Of a stretch of 64,000 nucleotides of DNA, positions 1 through 9,271 are shown piece after piece. The DNA is taken from contig CAYOYV010000007.1 in the NCBI GenBank assembly GCA_964408285.1, forward strand, positions 3,681 through 67,680, written 5' to 3'. The notes under the pieces were generated by a model. That model was not told the DNA's origin. It made no database searches and worked only from the letters and a program-made list of their open reading frames with translations. A program made the translations under genes and the position numbers. Numbering within the stretch: the first letter of the stretch is position 1; each line of letters opens with the position of its first letter. Source of the DNA: an uncultured Nitrososphaerota archaeon (lineage in GTDB: Archaea > Thermoproteota > EX4484-205 > JAAOZO01).

Positions 1-137
1 CCTGAAAGTTGAAGGGCCTGCCCCGGAAGTGTCTCAATAGTCTCTCGTAAGCGAGCTCAAGGTGAGTCATGTTTAATATTAATAATGTGACTAATATAAG
101 CATTGTTATTGCCTGTCGCGCGCACGAATCCGGTTTG

Positions 138-659
138 TCACCAATGTTCGAAGTGGACCAATTCCTTCAGCGGTTTTCGATCCTTCACTGGGCCTTTCTT
201 CTCTGCAGGGTAACCGAGTGGGGTCATCGCGACGATTCTGGAATTACGGGGGAGACGCAGGATCCTCTTGGCCTTGCGTTCGTCGAAAGCGCCAATCCAA
301 CACGTTCCCAAACCTTCAGACCATGCCGCAAGGACTAGGGTCTGTACGGCGATCGAGCCATCTGCTTGCCAAAACTTCTCTCCATCCTTTCTGACCCAGG
401 CTTTACTCGGGAAGACCCCGACCGCAACGATGACCGGAGCGGAGACGAACCATTCCCTACCATAAGCCGCCCTGAGCCTCTCCCTGATTCTACGGTTTGT
501 CACAACGACGAAAAACCAGGGTTGTCTATTGCCTGCTGAGGGTGAGAGCCTAGCCGCCTCAAGAACCCTCATGAGCTTCCGCTTCCCAATACGCCTTCGC
601 TGATACTTCCTTATGCTACGCCTGGTCTTAATTGCCTCAAGAACCTCCATAGCCGCCAC
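138..659 (-). CDS. nitroreductase family protein (FMN-dependent NAD(P)H oxidoreductase fold)
   Basis: 173-aa ORF. The N-terminus reads 'RRSIRKY...EAARLSPSAGNRQPW', which is typical of nitroreductases, and the C-terminus reads 'CWIG...LGYPA'. A paralogue lies at 25807..26286. Confidence 0.8.
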   Translation of the reverse strand: MAAMEVLEAIKTRRSIRKYQRRRIGKRKLMRVLEAARLSPSAGNRQPWFFVVVTNRRIRERLRAAYGREWFVSAPVIVAVGVFPSKAWVRKDGEKFWQADGSIAVQTLVLAAWSEGLGTCWIGAFDERKAKRILRLPRNSRIVAMTPLGYPAEKKGPVKDRKPLKELVHFEHW

Positions 660-843
660 CCAAATCAGAATCCTTCACGAGTATTAAAAGCCGTTCTTCC
701 AAGATCAGGGAGGCCTTCCGCCGGATAGAGAAGATACGCGCGCGAAGTGCCGTTCGATTATTCGTGACCCGGGGGTACAGGTGCCCCCCGGGGGGTATGG
801 GCGCTCTGTGTGGATGCATTGGGCGATACGCAATGCGCGTGAA

Positions 844-1323
844 CTATGGGGACTTCTCGATCACTGTTCTTGTCGAGATCTCCAGTCTAGTCACTTTTCC
901 TGCCTCGAGATCCACGTAGGCAGACGCCCAGCTTGTCCTGTCCTTCTGTAGCATGACGATTGCGCTCGTTGCCTTAATTGTGACACTGCCTTTTCCCTCA
1001 ACTTTAGTGGTGAAGATTGGCCTCACTCCTACGATGCTGTAACCGTTATTGAGTAGATTCTGCACATCTGGGTCACTTTTCGCTATGTTGATTGCGGTCT
1101 CGTTGTACTCTCGGCTAACCTCAATGAATCCATATTGTCCCCTTCCATATGGCCATCCGCCCAGCCTCGGAAATGCAGGTGCTCCCCAGTTGAATCGTTG
1201 CTTGAGCCATCGATCAAAGCCATAGTTATCCGCATACACAGTCAACAATACCGTGCCGATAATCGCAACCAAAGCCAGGACCAATACGAGCCCTACGATG
1301 GTTCTCCTATCCAATCTTATCAC
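844..1323 (-). CDS. membrane-anchored hypothetical protein (possible PepSY-like extracytoplasmic domain)
   Basis: 159-aa ORF with an N-terminal transmembrane helix (LVLVLALVAIIGTVLL) followed by a soluble domain. No family motif is recognised with certainty. Confidence 0.4.
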   Translation of the reverse strand: MIRLDRRTIVGLVLVLALVAIIGTVLLTVYADNYGFDRWLKQRFNWGAPAFPRLGGWPYGRGQYGFIEVSREYNETAINIAKSDPDVQNLLNNGYSIVGVRPIFTTKVEGKGSVTIKATSAIVMLQKDRTSWASAYVDLEAGKVTRLEISTRTVIEKSP

Positions 1324-1431
1324 CGGATTTTTGGTTGTGTTGTCAATTTCCGCCTCTTTCTTTTTAAGGATTGTTCAGAATTGTGCCCAAATCTTATCCC
1401 AGTAATCGCACAGTGCTCAAGGGAGCGAGTG

Positions 1432-1725
1432 CTATTCGCTCCTTCTGAATAGAGTGAGGAGCTTCTTCCTCCTGTAGATGTTGTATTCCTCAGCAGCAAT
1501 TATCAAAAGTACGATGATCAGGATGACGCCGGCCAAGATTAGAATGAAGCCGGGGAAGTTAATGCCCACGCCGAACAACTCGACGAAGACATCAAGGTCT
1601 ATCTTCACTAACGTATCTCCCGTCACGGTCACGACCCCTAACTCACTCCTGCAGAGTGAAATGAGCGCGATAACCAATAGCAAGGACAGGACCAGTTGAG
1701 GGCCAGCAATTGGGGGCCTCATCAA
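1432..1725 (-). CDS. small hydrophobic membrane protein, hypothetical
   Basis: 97-aa ORF with two predicted transmembrane helices. The call rests on hydrophobicity only. Confidence 0.3.
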   Translation of the reverse strand: MMRPPIAGPQLVLSLLLVIALISLCRSELGVVTVTGDTLVKIDLDVFVELFGVGINFPGFILILAGVILIIVLLIIAAEEYNIYRRKKLLTLFRRSE

Positions 1726-1827
1726 TGTAAATGTGGGGCGTTATCGCTCTTAAGGATTCCGTTATCATGTATCCGCAGAATTACAGTGCCTTCTACTTTG
1801 CGCACGTGGTTTGTCAGATCCGAGTTC

Positions 1828-2775
1828 CTATCCCTTAAGGAGTTTTTCGAGATTTCTATGGTATATATTCTCGTATGCCTCTTGAGTCAGGTTCAAGCTG
1901 TCTATCAATTTTCTGTGGACTTCAGCGGGAGCGAAGAAATCTTCCAGGTCTGTGCCGTACAGGAGCTTTCTGTTCAGCTCGCGCAAGAACAGCTTGGCGA
2001 ACTCAATGTCCCTATTGAGCGCATTGTATCCGGAACCCGCTGAAAGATCCCCGTACAGATTGTCACAACTATCCAAGAGACGCACGGTCCTCCCGCGCCC
2101 GTTCACCGGGGTATTTGGACGTGCCTCCGTGGGCAGATCAGCGGACATGCAGCTCCACCAGCCAGGTCCGTGCAGTATGAAATTCACGTTAGAATGCTCC
2201 CTCACAACTCTTTCCAGACCATCAAGATTGGGCGAATCCATTGCACCATAGATCTCTTGGTCTCTGAACCCCAAGTGTATTAGTATCGGTATCTCAATCC
2301 TGCCACAGATTCTGTAGAGATTGTGATTCAGCTCGTGGTCAATCGGCAACTTCGATGTGTGCTCTCCAAAGCCTCTGCAACCCATTTCCACGTATCGCTT
2401 GATTCTATCATCAAAACATTGCTCCCTCACGTCCACAGCGCAGAATGGTATCAGGCGATCCGGATAATTGCTTACTGCTTCTAGCACATACTCCGTTGGC
2501 ATAACGACACTCGCGTTCCAGCTGGAGATAGCTAACACGACGGCCTTCTGAACACTGAGCGCGTTGAGATATAATATCAGGAAATCCAACGTGACCTGGC
2601 CCCAGGGATTGCCGGTATTCATAACATCCCTGAAATTCCCGAGATGCGTGTGGCAATCAATAATCTCTGCAACGGCTGGATGTCCTCGGTGCAAGCTTAG
2701 GTGCAGATCAAGCGGATTATCCTTAAAATCTTTTTCTGAGACTTTTCGACGCGCGCGAGGCGAACTAGACCTCAA
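1828..2775 (-). CDS. amidohydrolase-2 family metal-dependent hydrolase (TIM barrel)
   Basis: 315-aa ORF. The motif 'IIDCHTHLGNF' is a metal-binding H-x-H, and conserved His and Asp residues further along fit the amidohydrolase_2 pattern. Confidence 0.7.
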   Translation of the reverse strand: MRSSSPRARRKVSEKDFKDNPLDLHLSLHRGHPAVAEIIDCHTHLGNFRDVMNTGNPWGQVTLDFLILYLNALSVQKAVVLAISSWNASVVMPTEYVLEAVSNYPDRLIPFCAVDVREQCFDDRIKRYVEMGCRGFGEHTSKLPIDHELNHNLYRICGRIEIPILIHLGFRDQEIYGAMDSPNLDGLERVVREHSNVNFILHGPGWWSCMSADLPTEARPNTPVNGRGRTVRLLDSCDNLYGDLSAGSGYNALNRDIEFAKLFLRELNRKLLYGTDLEDFFAPAEVHRKLIDSLNLTQEAYENIYHRNLEKLLKG

Positions 2776-2839
2776 TTATCAGAAATAAGTCCCAAAAGGG
2801 CTCCTGCACATAAGATGAGGACACACGCGCGGATCTTTC

Positions 2840-4195
2840 TCATGACCGGGGTTTTGTCCATCTAGGTTCTTGTTCAACAGTGAGTTTCGAGATGACAGGT
2901 CTGAATTTTGCTTTGACACTCTGTCTGTTGCCGACTATGATTTCCATTTCAATATTGGAACCAAGAATCTCCAGACACTTGGATCTAAGGGCCTCAATCG
3001 AAACTTCCGGGTCACTTTCTTTTCTCATGAGCTCCAAGGTGAATCTGTTCGTGCTTTCTTGGACCAATTGGTATCTTGAGACTCCTCGCGTGCTTTGTAT
3101 GGCGGTTATGATTCTCTTTGGGGAAATCGTGCGTCCGTCAGGCAGAGGGAGAAAGTCGACCTTTCTGCCCTCTATTGATTTCAGAAGTCGGAACCCCCTT
3201 CCGCAGGAGCATTGTGCGTCGCCAGATATTCCTATGTCACCGACTCGATATCTTATCAGCGGCATGGCATAGTTCAGCAGGCCTGTTACTACTATCTCAC
3301 CTTCCTCACCTGGTCCAACGGATTCGCCATTCCGAATCAGTTCGACCACTACAAAATCCTCTCTTACATGAAGTCCCTCCTTTTTCCTGCATTCGTACGC
3401 TATGGTACCTGCCTCATAGGCTCCGTATGAGTCGTACACCTCGCATTGCAGAGAGGATTCCAAGAACCTTCGAGATGATTCGTCGAGCAATTCTCCCCAA
3501 GAGACCAAGGCCTTTGGGCGAATATTCTTGAGTCCTCTGTCTGTGACCGCCTCTGCAAGGAGCTTGAGATAGGAGGAATTGCCCCGAATGATCCCAGGTT
3601 GGTATTTGACTATCTCGGAAATGATTTCTTCTGCGGTGTAAGCAAGGTAGACATTTCTTTGCCATCGCTTCAAAATGGATACCGATGGTCCGAGCGCAGT
3701 TCCCCCACGTGATTTGGATTTATTCACGCTTGGTTCCTCCTTTTCACCGGGTTGTGGTCTGTGATAAAAAATGTCAGTAACCCTATCCCAGGGATTGAGA
3801 TCAAGGGCTCTTAGCTCTCTAAAGTACCATAGGGCAACCATGTAGTCCCAGAACGCCTTGTCGTAGAAAACGGGCATTGGTCCTCCTGTCGTGCCGGACG
3901 TTGACATCCTGACACAGTCATCCAGATCATATCCCTTAGCAATGCTCTCTTGGGGCATTCCGCTGACAATTTCCTGCTTCGTAGTGAATGGCAGCTTTGA
4001 CAGATCGTTGAGATCATTGATATCGCTAGGTTTGATTGCCGCTGAGTCCAGTTTCTTTCTATAGAGCGGGACATTCTCGTAAGCATGTTTCAAAATCGCT
4101 CTGAGCCTCTTCTCCTGCAGCTTCCTGAGTTCAGTTGGTCTTAGCCACTCAGCCATTAAGAGTTCGTAGCAGTTCCAGATCACCCGGTAGAACAT
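2840..4195 (-). CDS. phenylacetate-CoA ligase family (PaaK/CapK-like adenylate-forming enzyme)
   Basis: 451-aa ORF. The N-terminus 'LRKLQEKRLRAILKHAYENVPLYRKK' and the P-loop 'STSGTTGGPMPVFYD' are PaaK-like. A truncated paralogue lies at 32794..33258. Confidence 0.75.
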   Translation of the reverse strand: MFYRVIWNCYELLMAEWLRPTELRKLQEKRLRAILKHAYENVPLYRKKLDSAAIKPSDINDLNDLSKLPFTTKQEIVSGMPQESIAKGYDLDDCVRMSTSGTTGGPMPVFYDKAFWDYMVALWYFRELRALDLNPWDRVTDIFYHRPQPGEKEEPSVNKSKSRGGTALGPSVSILKRWQRNVYLAYTAEEIISEIVKYQPGIIRGNSSYLKLLAEAVTDRGLKNIRPKALVSWGELLDESSRRFLESSLQCEVYDSYGAYEAGTIAYECRKKEGLHVREDFVVVELIRNGESVGPGEEGEIVVTGLLNYAMPLIRYRVGDIGISGDAQCSCGRGFRLLKSIEGRKVDFLPLPDGRTISPKRIITAIQSTRGVSRYQLVQESTNRFTLELMRKESDPEVSIEALRSKCLEILGSNIEMEIIVGNRQSVKAKFRPVISKLTVEQEPRWTKPRS

Positions 4196-4361
4196 CTTGG
4201 GGCAGCCATCTTGCTGTCATTACTTAATCCTTATTCTCGCGCGATGAAAAGGTCAAGCTAATACGTTTGATCGAAAAAACAGAGATGCCGAGCAACAATC
4301 AAGATTTTGCCACAATAGACTTCTTCTCGCCAGAAATATTCAACACGCCCGACCCGGCGGC

Positions 4362-4844
4362 TTACTGAGAATTCCTCTTGCTCAGTGTGATACCCTTAGC
4401 CCATTCGGCAGCCCGCTCAACCTCTCCCTGTTTCAGCGGCCCCTCGGTATCCCCTACAATGAAGCCCTCTGGCGGCTTCACAAGATAACCGCCTTTACCT
4501 ATCAAACTGTTCGCGATGCGCCCGGCAGCATAGCCCATGAGTCCTACGATTATGCGTATACCAATGCCCCTATCTTTCGCTGAGAATCTTGTGTCGAATG
4601 AGGCAACGTCGATGTGTTTGAGCGAATCTGGGGGGATTTTTCTGAGGAATTCCTGAATAACCGGAGTCGGTCTCCCCCCATAAGTGGGCGAGCCCACGAT
4701 CAGAAGGTCTGTTGTTCTCAACTCAGAGGAATTCACTTCAGTCACGCGTAGTACCTTAACCTCACCGGCAAGAGCGTCGCCGATGGCTCTGGCAATTTTC
4801 TCGGTATTTCCATGGACAGAATCATAAACGACCAGAGTTTTCAT
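4362..4844 (-). CDS. flavodoxin family protein
   Basis: 160-aa ORF reading 'MKTLVVYDSVHGNTEKIARAI...LLIVGSPTYGG', which matches the flavodoxin FMN-binding signature. Confidence 0.7.
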   Translation of the reverse strand: MKTLVVYDSVHGNTEKIARAIGDALAGEVKVLRVTEVNSSELRTTDLLIVGSPTYGGRPTPVIQEFLRKIPPDSLKHIDVASFDTRFSAKDRGIGIRIIVGLMGYAAGRIANSLIGKGGYLVKPPEGFIVGDTEGPLKQGEVERAAEWAKGITLSKRNSQ

Positions 4845-4975
4845 CGCCTTCCTCCGATATTTTCTGATTTAAGCCTTATGATGGCGACATCAGGGGGATT
4901 CTCCAGAAGCCTTCCTATATCTTCGTGTTGTCTTCGAACCTTATGCCTCTAGTCTTGTCGCAAACTGCTCGCATG

Positions 4976-5029
4976 CGTCGACGAAGAAGTTAAGAATGAA
5001 GATGGTCAAGCCAACGGTATCCAGAGATG
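4976..5029 (+). promoter_or_regulatory. conserved upstream motif, copy A (BRE/TATA-like 'gaagaagttaagaat' plus a conserved downstream block 'agccaacg')
   Basis: It matches 7127..7183 at 38 of 52 positions, and the core 'gacgaagNagttaagaat' matches at 17 of 18. It ends at ATG 5027 of the GNAT gene. Confidence 0.45.
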
Positions 5030-6145
5030 AACGAGATAATTAGGACTGTCAGGGCGGAAGAGTGGGATGAATTCTTGCGGTTCTTGGAGCTTTGCTACGG
5101 TCATTCGAGGGATTACTTTCCTCGTTATCTTACACAACTGTACAGGGCGGAGGACGAGGCCCTTTCTTCGTTCCTGGTGTTGGAAAAAGATAGGAGAATA
5201 GTTTCGCATGTGGGTCTTTTCCCCTTGGAGATTGTTTCCTTTGGAACTCATGTGACGGTCGGTGGCATAGGAGGCGTGGCCACACTACCAGAGGAAAGAG
5301 GCAAGGGTCACATGTCAAGGCTCTTGAACCACGCGGCTGAGATCATGAGGGAGAGGGGCTGGCCGCTATCTGTGCTTTGGGGAGACAGGCAACGGTACCA
5401 TGCATTTGGCTGGGAAATCGCAGGCGTCAAATATTCGTTATACATGACTGTGCGCTCTTTTGATCGGGCCAAAGTAGAGGCAGCTAAAGTCAGAGAGACC
5501 TCACTCGAAGAGGCAACTCCCGTAGTCGGAAGGATCCAGTCTATCCTGCCGTTGAGAGTGAATCGAAAGCACACTGACCTCAACCTGAGGAAACAGGGCA
5601 TTCGCATTTGGACGAGCGACGAAGGCTATGTACTCTCTTCAGGCGAAGCAGGCTCACCCCGAATATTAGAGGTCGCTTCCCCCGAAAAAAAGGAGCCCGA
5701 ACTCGTCAGGGGTGTTATGGAACGCTGTTACGGGGACTCCGCCTCACTGTACATTAACGCCTTCGACAGTGAAAGGTTGGGACGATTGCTCAGGGCGACA
5801 TCTGAATGGACGCTTGTTCCAGAGGGACAATTCAGGATCATTGAACTCGCCGGTCTGCTTGAGTCATTTGAGCGATTGCTATCGGAGCGGGCGAAAATCG
5901 CACGCGACTTTGAAGTGTCCATTGGGCTCAGACTCAGAGATAGGGTCGACATTGCCACCATCTCTGTGAAAGGGGGAGAATTTCGAATCTCGAGAGGCAG
6001 GAAGTCTGTAAATCACATCGAGTTGGACGAACGCGACGGTGTGCGATCTTTCTTAGGTGGCCCATCAGCTGACCTGCTGAGGTTGGGCGGCCTCACGACT
6101 ATCTTACCCTTACCGATACATGTCCCCTCCATTGACCACGTGTGA
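5027..6145 (+). CDS. GNAT family N-acetyltransferase, Eis-like, with a sterol-carrier-like C-terminal region
   Basis: 372-aa ORF. The GNAT motif A is 'GGIGGVATLPEERGKGHMSRLL', and the C-terminal domain is long as in Eis proteins. A conserved motif lies upstream at 4976..5029. Confidence 0.65.
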   Translation: MNEIIRTVRAEEWDEFLRFLELCYGHSRDYFPRYLTQLYRAEDEALSSFLVLEKDRRIVSHVGLFPLEIVSFGTHVTVGGIGGVATLPEERGKGHMSRLLNHAAEIMRERGWPLSVLWGDRQRYHAFGWEIAGVKYSLYMTVRSFDRAKVEAAKVRETSLEEATPVVGRIQSILPLRVNRKHTDLNLRKQGIRIWTSDEGYVLSSGEAGSPRILEVASPEKKEPELVRGVMERCYGDSASLYINAFDSERLGRLLRATSEWTLVPEGQFRIIELAGLLESFERLLSERAKIARDFEVSIGLRLRDRVDIATISVKGGEFRISRGRKSVNHIELDERDGVRSFLGGPSADLLRLGGLTTILPLPIHVPSIDHV

Positions 6146-6234
6146 GCAGGACCTAGGAGTGATACCGAATGGCACGCGAGCCATAGACCCGACGCATTGG
6201 CTTTTTGTAGGATCGAACACTGCGGGCGCGATCT

Positions 6235-6885
6235 CTATTCTTTGTATATTCCCTCTATGTCTCTCACGTAATTCCCTTCCGGTGTTTCCACGACGATGTA
6301 ATAGAACGGCCTCGTGACTGGATTCTCCTGAAGGAAGGCTTTTGCTGAAGCGGCGTCGGGGCCTTTGTGGATTCGATAGAGCATCACTTGGCCCATTCTC
6401 ACCGTTCTATCCTCCCTGACGAAGAACACCTTGCCTGGCGTGGACACCTCGGCCTTGGGTGTCGGTGCAGTCCTTGCCTCTGGTTCTTTGTCATTCTTCC
6501 GCTTACCCCCATGCTTTCCGAAACTGTTCTTCGCATCCTTCCAAAGCTCGTGGGTTAGATCCTCTCCGGCCACTATTGCCTCATACTTCCCGTCATCCCT
6601 GCGGTAGTGTCCGAAAATCAGGGTCTCGGTGCAGATCAGCTTTCCCGTGTCCTGTGCAATTTGAATGCACTCCAACTCAAGCAGGGCCTCTCTTGCATCG
6701 CTTTCTCTGTCGAACACATAAAGTACGAACGGGTCGAATTTTTGATGCACACCCCTAGAAATCCAGTATGCCTCTACCTGTGAAATGGTCTCTTGCCTCA
6801 TGCCCATGTTGTCCTTTTCGGTGTATTGTTTGGAGGGCGGCTTCTTCTCCTTTTTCCTACCGAATATTCTGTCTAAGACACCCAT
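6235..6885 (-). CDS. hypothetical protein
   Basis: 216-aa ORF with coding-like composition and a Lys/Glu-rich N-terminus. No recognisable motif. Confidence 0.4.
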   Translation of the reverse strand: MGVLDRIFGRKKEKKPPSKQYTEKDNMGMRQETISQVEAYWISRGVHQKFDPFVLYVFDRESDAREALLELECIQIAQDTGKLICTETLIFGHYRRDDGKYEAIVAGEDLTHELWKDAKNSFGKHGGKRKNDKEPEARTAPTPKAEVSTPGKVFFVREDRTVRMGQVMLYRIHKGPDAASAKAFLQENPVTRPFYYIVVETPEGNYVRDIEGIYKE

Positions 6886-7126
6886 TCTGAGGCCCTATGC
6901 CTCACGTGATTGTCCGAGGCGATAAATGCATTTTCTCTCGCGCCCGTCGTCTGCGGGTGTGTATTTCGTTTGTCAGACTGGATGCTACTAGTGTTGTGCA
7001 TAATGCGCGAATTGCGATGTATGCTATCGCCAACGATGAGGAGCGTGTCCTCATGTGCTAATCCGGAGATGCCACCTGAGACTATGTGCGCGCGCACTAA
7101 GGGTCCATGAGGATTTTTGCTGTCCC

Positions 7127-7183
7127 GTCGCCGACGAAGGAGTTAAGAATAGACACGGTTGAGCCAACGTCATCCAACGACGC
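7127..7183 (+). promoter_or_regulatory. conserved upstream motif, copy B, upstream of the PfkB kinase gene
   Basis: See copy A. The TATA-like 'ttaagaat' lies at 7143..7150. Confidence 0.45.
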
Positions 7184-7209
7184 GTGCGCGTGAGAAGTCG
7201 ACTAGGGAG

Positions 7210-8172
7210 ATGACTCGAAAAAAGACTGGTCTGGATGTGATGGTCATAGGAGATGCAATGATGGACATCATCGTCAAGTATGACACAGAATTCATGAAAA
7301 GCGGGGCAGTCTTCTATGATGGAGCTGTCTCCTACGGTGGTGCGGGTAACGTGGCAGTAGACGCCTCAACCTTGGGCTTGAAAACAAGCATGGTCGCAAA
7401 AGTCGGCAGAGATCCACTGGGCCGTCTTTTCATGGACGACCTTCTAAAGCACAATGTAGTCCCGCAACTAGCTTTCGATGACGTCTCATACACCGGGTTC
7501 CTAGTGTCGCTTCTTCATCAGGACAGTGAAAGGTCCTTCCTAGTATGTAGAGGTGCAAACGACAAACTTTCTCCGAAAGATATTGACAAAGCGTTTGAAG
7601 GAGCTAGGCCGAGAATAGTCTTCATACAGGGTTACGGTATTGCGTCACCTCAAAGGAGAGCTCTTCTCTATGCAGCAAGAAAGGCGAGAGATTTCTGCGC
7701 TACAGTGATCTATGATCCTGCATCATACAACATAGTACAGGCTCATAGGAATTTCGTGATTGATAATCTGATGAGATATGTAGATATATGTCTACCGAAC
7801 CTTGAGGAGGCCAAAGCCCTTACTGGACGCAGTGATCTAGAGAGCATGGGAAGGACACTTGCCGGGCTTGTTCCCCTAGCCATTGTCAAACTCGGTGCCG
7901 ATGGAGCTGCGATCGTTCCGAGAGGCGAGGAAATCTCCTACTATAAGCCTCAACGAGTCAAGCCCACGAACACCACCGGAGCAGGAGATGCCTTTGCATC
8001 AGCCATAATCTATGGTCTTTCAAAGGGATTTTCGCATGATTTGACGATGAAGATCGCCAACTGGGTCGCGGCAAAAAAAATACAATCGCTAGATTCTAGG
8101 CTAACAATTGAGAGAAGGCAATTCACAAAATTCAGGGTTGGACTTCAACGAGATCAACGTACTAGGCGCTGA
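7210..8172 (+). CDS. PfkB family carbohydrate kinase (ribokinase-like)
   Basis: The motifs 'VMVIGDAMMDII' and the C-terminal 'TTGAGDAFASAIIYGL' form the PfkB signature. The ORF track starts at TTG 7159. ATG 7210 is preferred because it has 'agggag' eight nt upstream. Confidence 0.75.
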   Translation: MTRKKTGLDVMVIGDAMMDIIVKYDTEFMKSGAVFYDGAVSYGGAGNVAVDASTLGLKTSMVAKVGRDPLGRLFMDDLLKHNVVPQLAFDDVSYTGFLVSLLHQDSERSFLVCRGANDKLSPKDIDKAFEGARPRIVFIQGYGIASPQRRALLYAARKARDFCATVIYDPASYNIVQAHRNFVIDNLMRYVDICLPNLEEAKALTGRSDLESMGRTLAGLVPLAIVKLGADGAAIVPRGEEISYYKPQRVKPTNTTGAGDAFASAIIYGLSKGFSHDLTMKIANWVAAKKIQSLDSRLTIERRQFTKFRVGLQRDQRTRR

Positions 8173-8254
8173 TTATCGCGCGGGCGCCGGTCTCCAACAG
8201 GATTGAGGAATCTTCCAACCTGACATCCCGCGCAATCTGCGCCTTTGCCGGCAA

Positions 8255-9175
8255 CTAGGTCAAAGCGTCCTCTCTGACTCTCGAAGCGCGCCTGAAATAC
8301 TCTTTTCTCGTCTCGAGCTTGAACTCGTCAATCATGTCCTCTGCGGTCGCATCCCGTGTGTTTGAAGCTAGCATGAAGACCGCCTCCGGTCTAAGAACAT
8401 CTAACTCAACCCTAGAACCGTATTTCTTCTTCACAGAATCGAGTTTCATATGGTTGTAGTTCAAATGGAGAATTTCGTAGTCAAGATTTACGGTTTTGCA
8501 TATGATAGGATTATATGAGCTAGATTTGGCCAATATCCGTCCAAGCGGATCCACGATCATGCTATTCTCCCCGCCACGGGCTGAAACCATGTACACCCCA
8601 TAATTGAAAGCCCATATCCTTAGCTGAAGCCCACCTTCGTACGCAGACGGGAAGAACACTAACTTAGCTCCCTCCTTCACTAACCCCTTTATCACTTCTT
8701 CGAAGTTGAGGTCAAAGCAAATCGCAAGGCCGAGAATCCCGAAATCGACTTTGAACACTCCGCTTTGGGTTCCTGGGGTGATCCCAGATTCTATCTCATC
8801 GATTGTGGGATGGATCTTGTAATAGCTACCGACGTACTCGCCATTTCTGTCCAAGAGGACGGCCGAATTGTGGAAGCGTCCATCTTTCTTCTCAATCATT
8901 GGACAGATGACATAAGTCCCATGTTCCTTGGCTATCGAAGAAACGGTTCTGAATATTGGCCCAGGAATCTCCTCCGCAGCCTTAGTCGAATCCCTGGCCG
9001 ATAAGCCTAGAGTGGGCCAGCATTCCGTAAGACAGACTATATCGGGTTCCTCCATTGCTGCTCTCTTCAGGAGCTTAGCGGTGTCCTTGACATTGCGGTT
9101 TACGGTTTCTTTGATCGATCTAGCCCTTCCCCTTCCGCCGAATGATACAGACGCTACGCGCACAAATCTAGCCAA
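8255..9175 (-). CDS. carbon-nitrogen hydrolase family protein (nitrilase/amidase superfamily)
   Basis: 306-aa ORF with the Glu-Lys-Cys triad context: 'VCLTECW', K, and 'LAICFDLNFEE'. Confidence 0.75.
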   Translation of the reverse strand: MARFVRVASVSFGGRGRARSIKETVNRNVKDTAKLLKRAAMEEPDIVCLTECWPTLGLSARDSTKAAEEIPGPIFRTVSSIAKEHGTYVICPMIEKKDGRFHNSAVLLDRNGEYVGSYYKIHPTIDEIESGITPGTQSGVFKVDFGILGLAICFDLNFEEVIKGLVKEGAKLVFFPSAYEGGLQLRIWAFNYGVYMVSARGGENSMIVDPLGRILAKSSSYNPIICKTVNLDYEILHLNYNHMKLDSVKKKYGSRVELDVLRPEAVFMLASNTRDATAEDMIDEFKLETRKEYFRRASRVREDALT

Positions 9176-9271
9176 AGCTGTGAAAAGATACTTTCTGCCT
9201 TCTTAAGAATTTAGATCGTGCGCGATTCATGTCCGCCGTTTTCTGTTTTTCCTCTAATCGATGAAATGGGA

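Noticed and set aside
69-465. Plus-strand ORFs 69..338 and 268..465 overlapping the nitroreductase gene
   Set aside because: They lie antisense to a gene with strong family motifs and have no motif of their own.
5027-6145. Calling the GNAT gene an aminoglycoside-resistance determinant (Eis)
   Set aside because: Only the fold and domain architecture are recognisable. Substrate specificity cannot be read from sequence, and the surrounding genes do not fit a resistance context.
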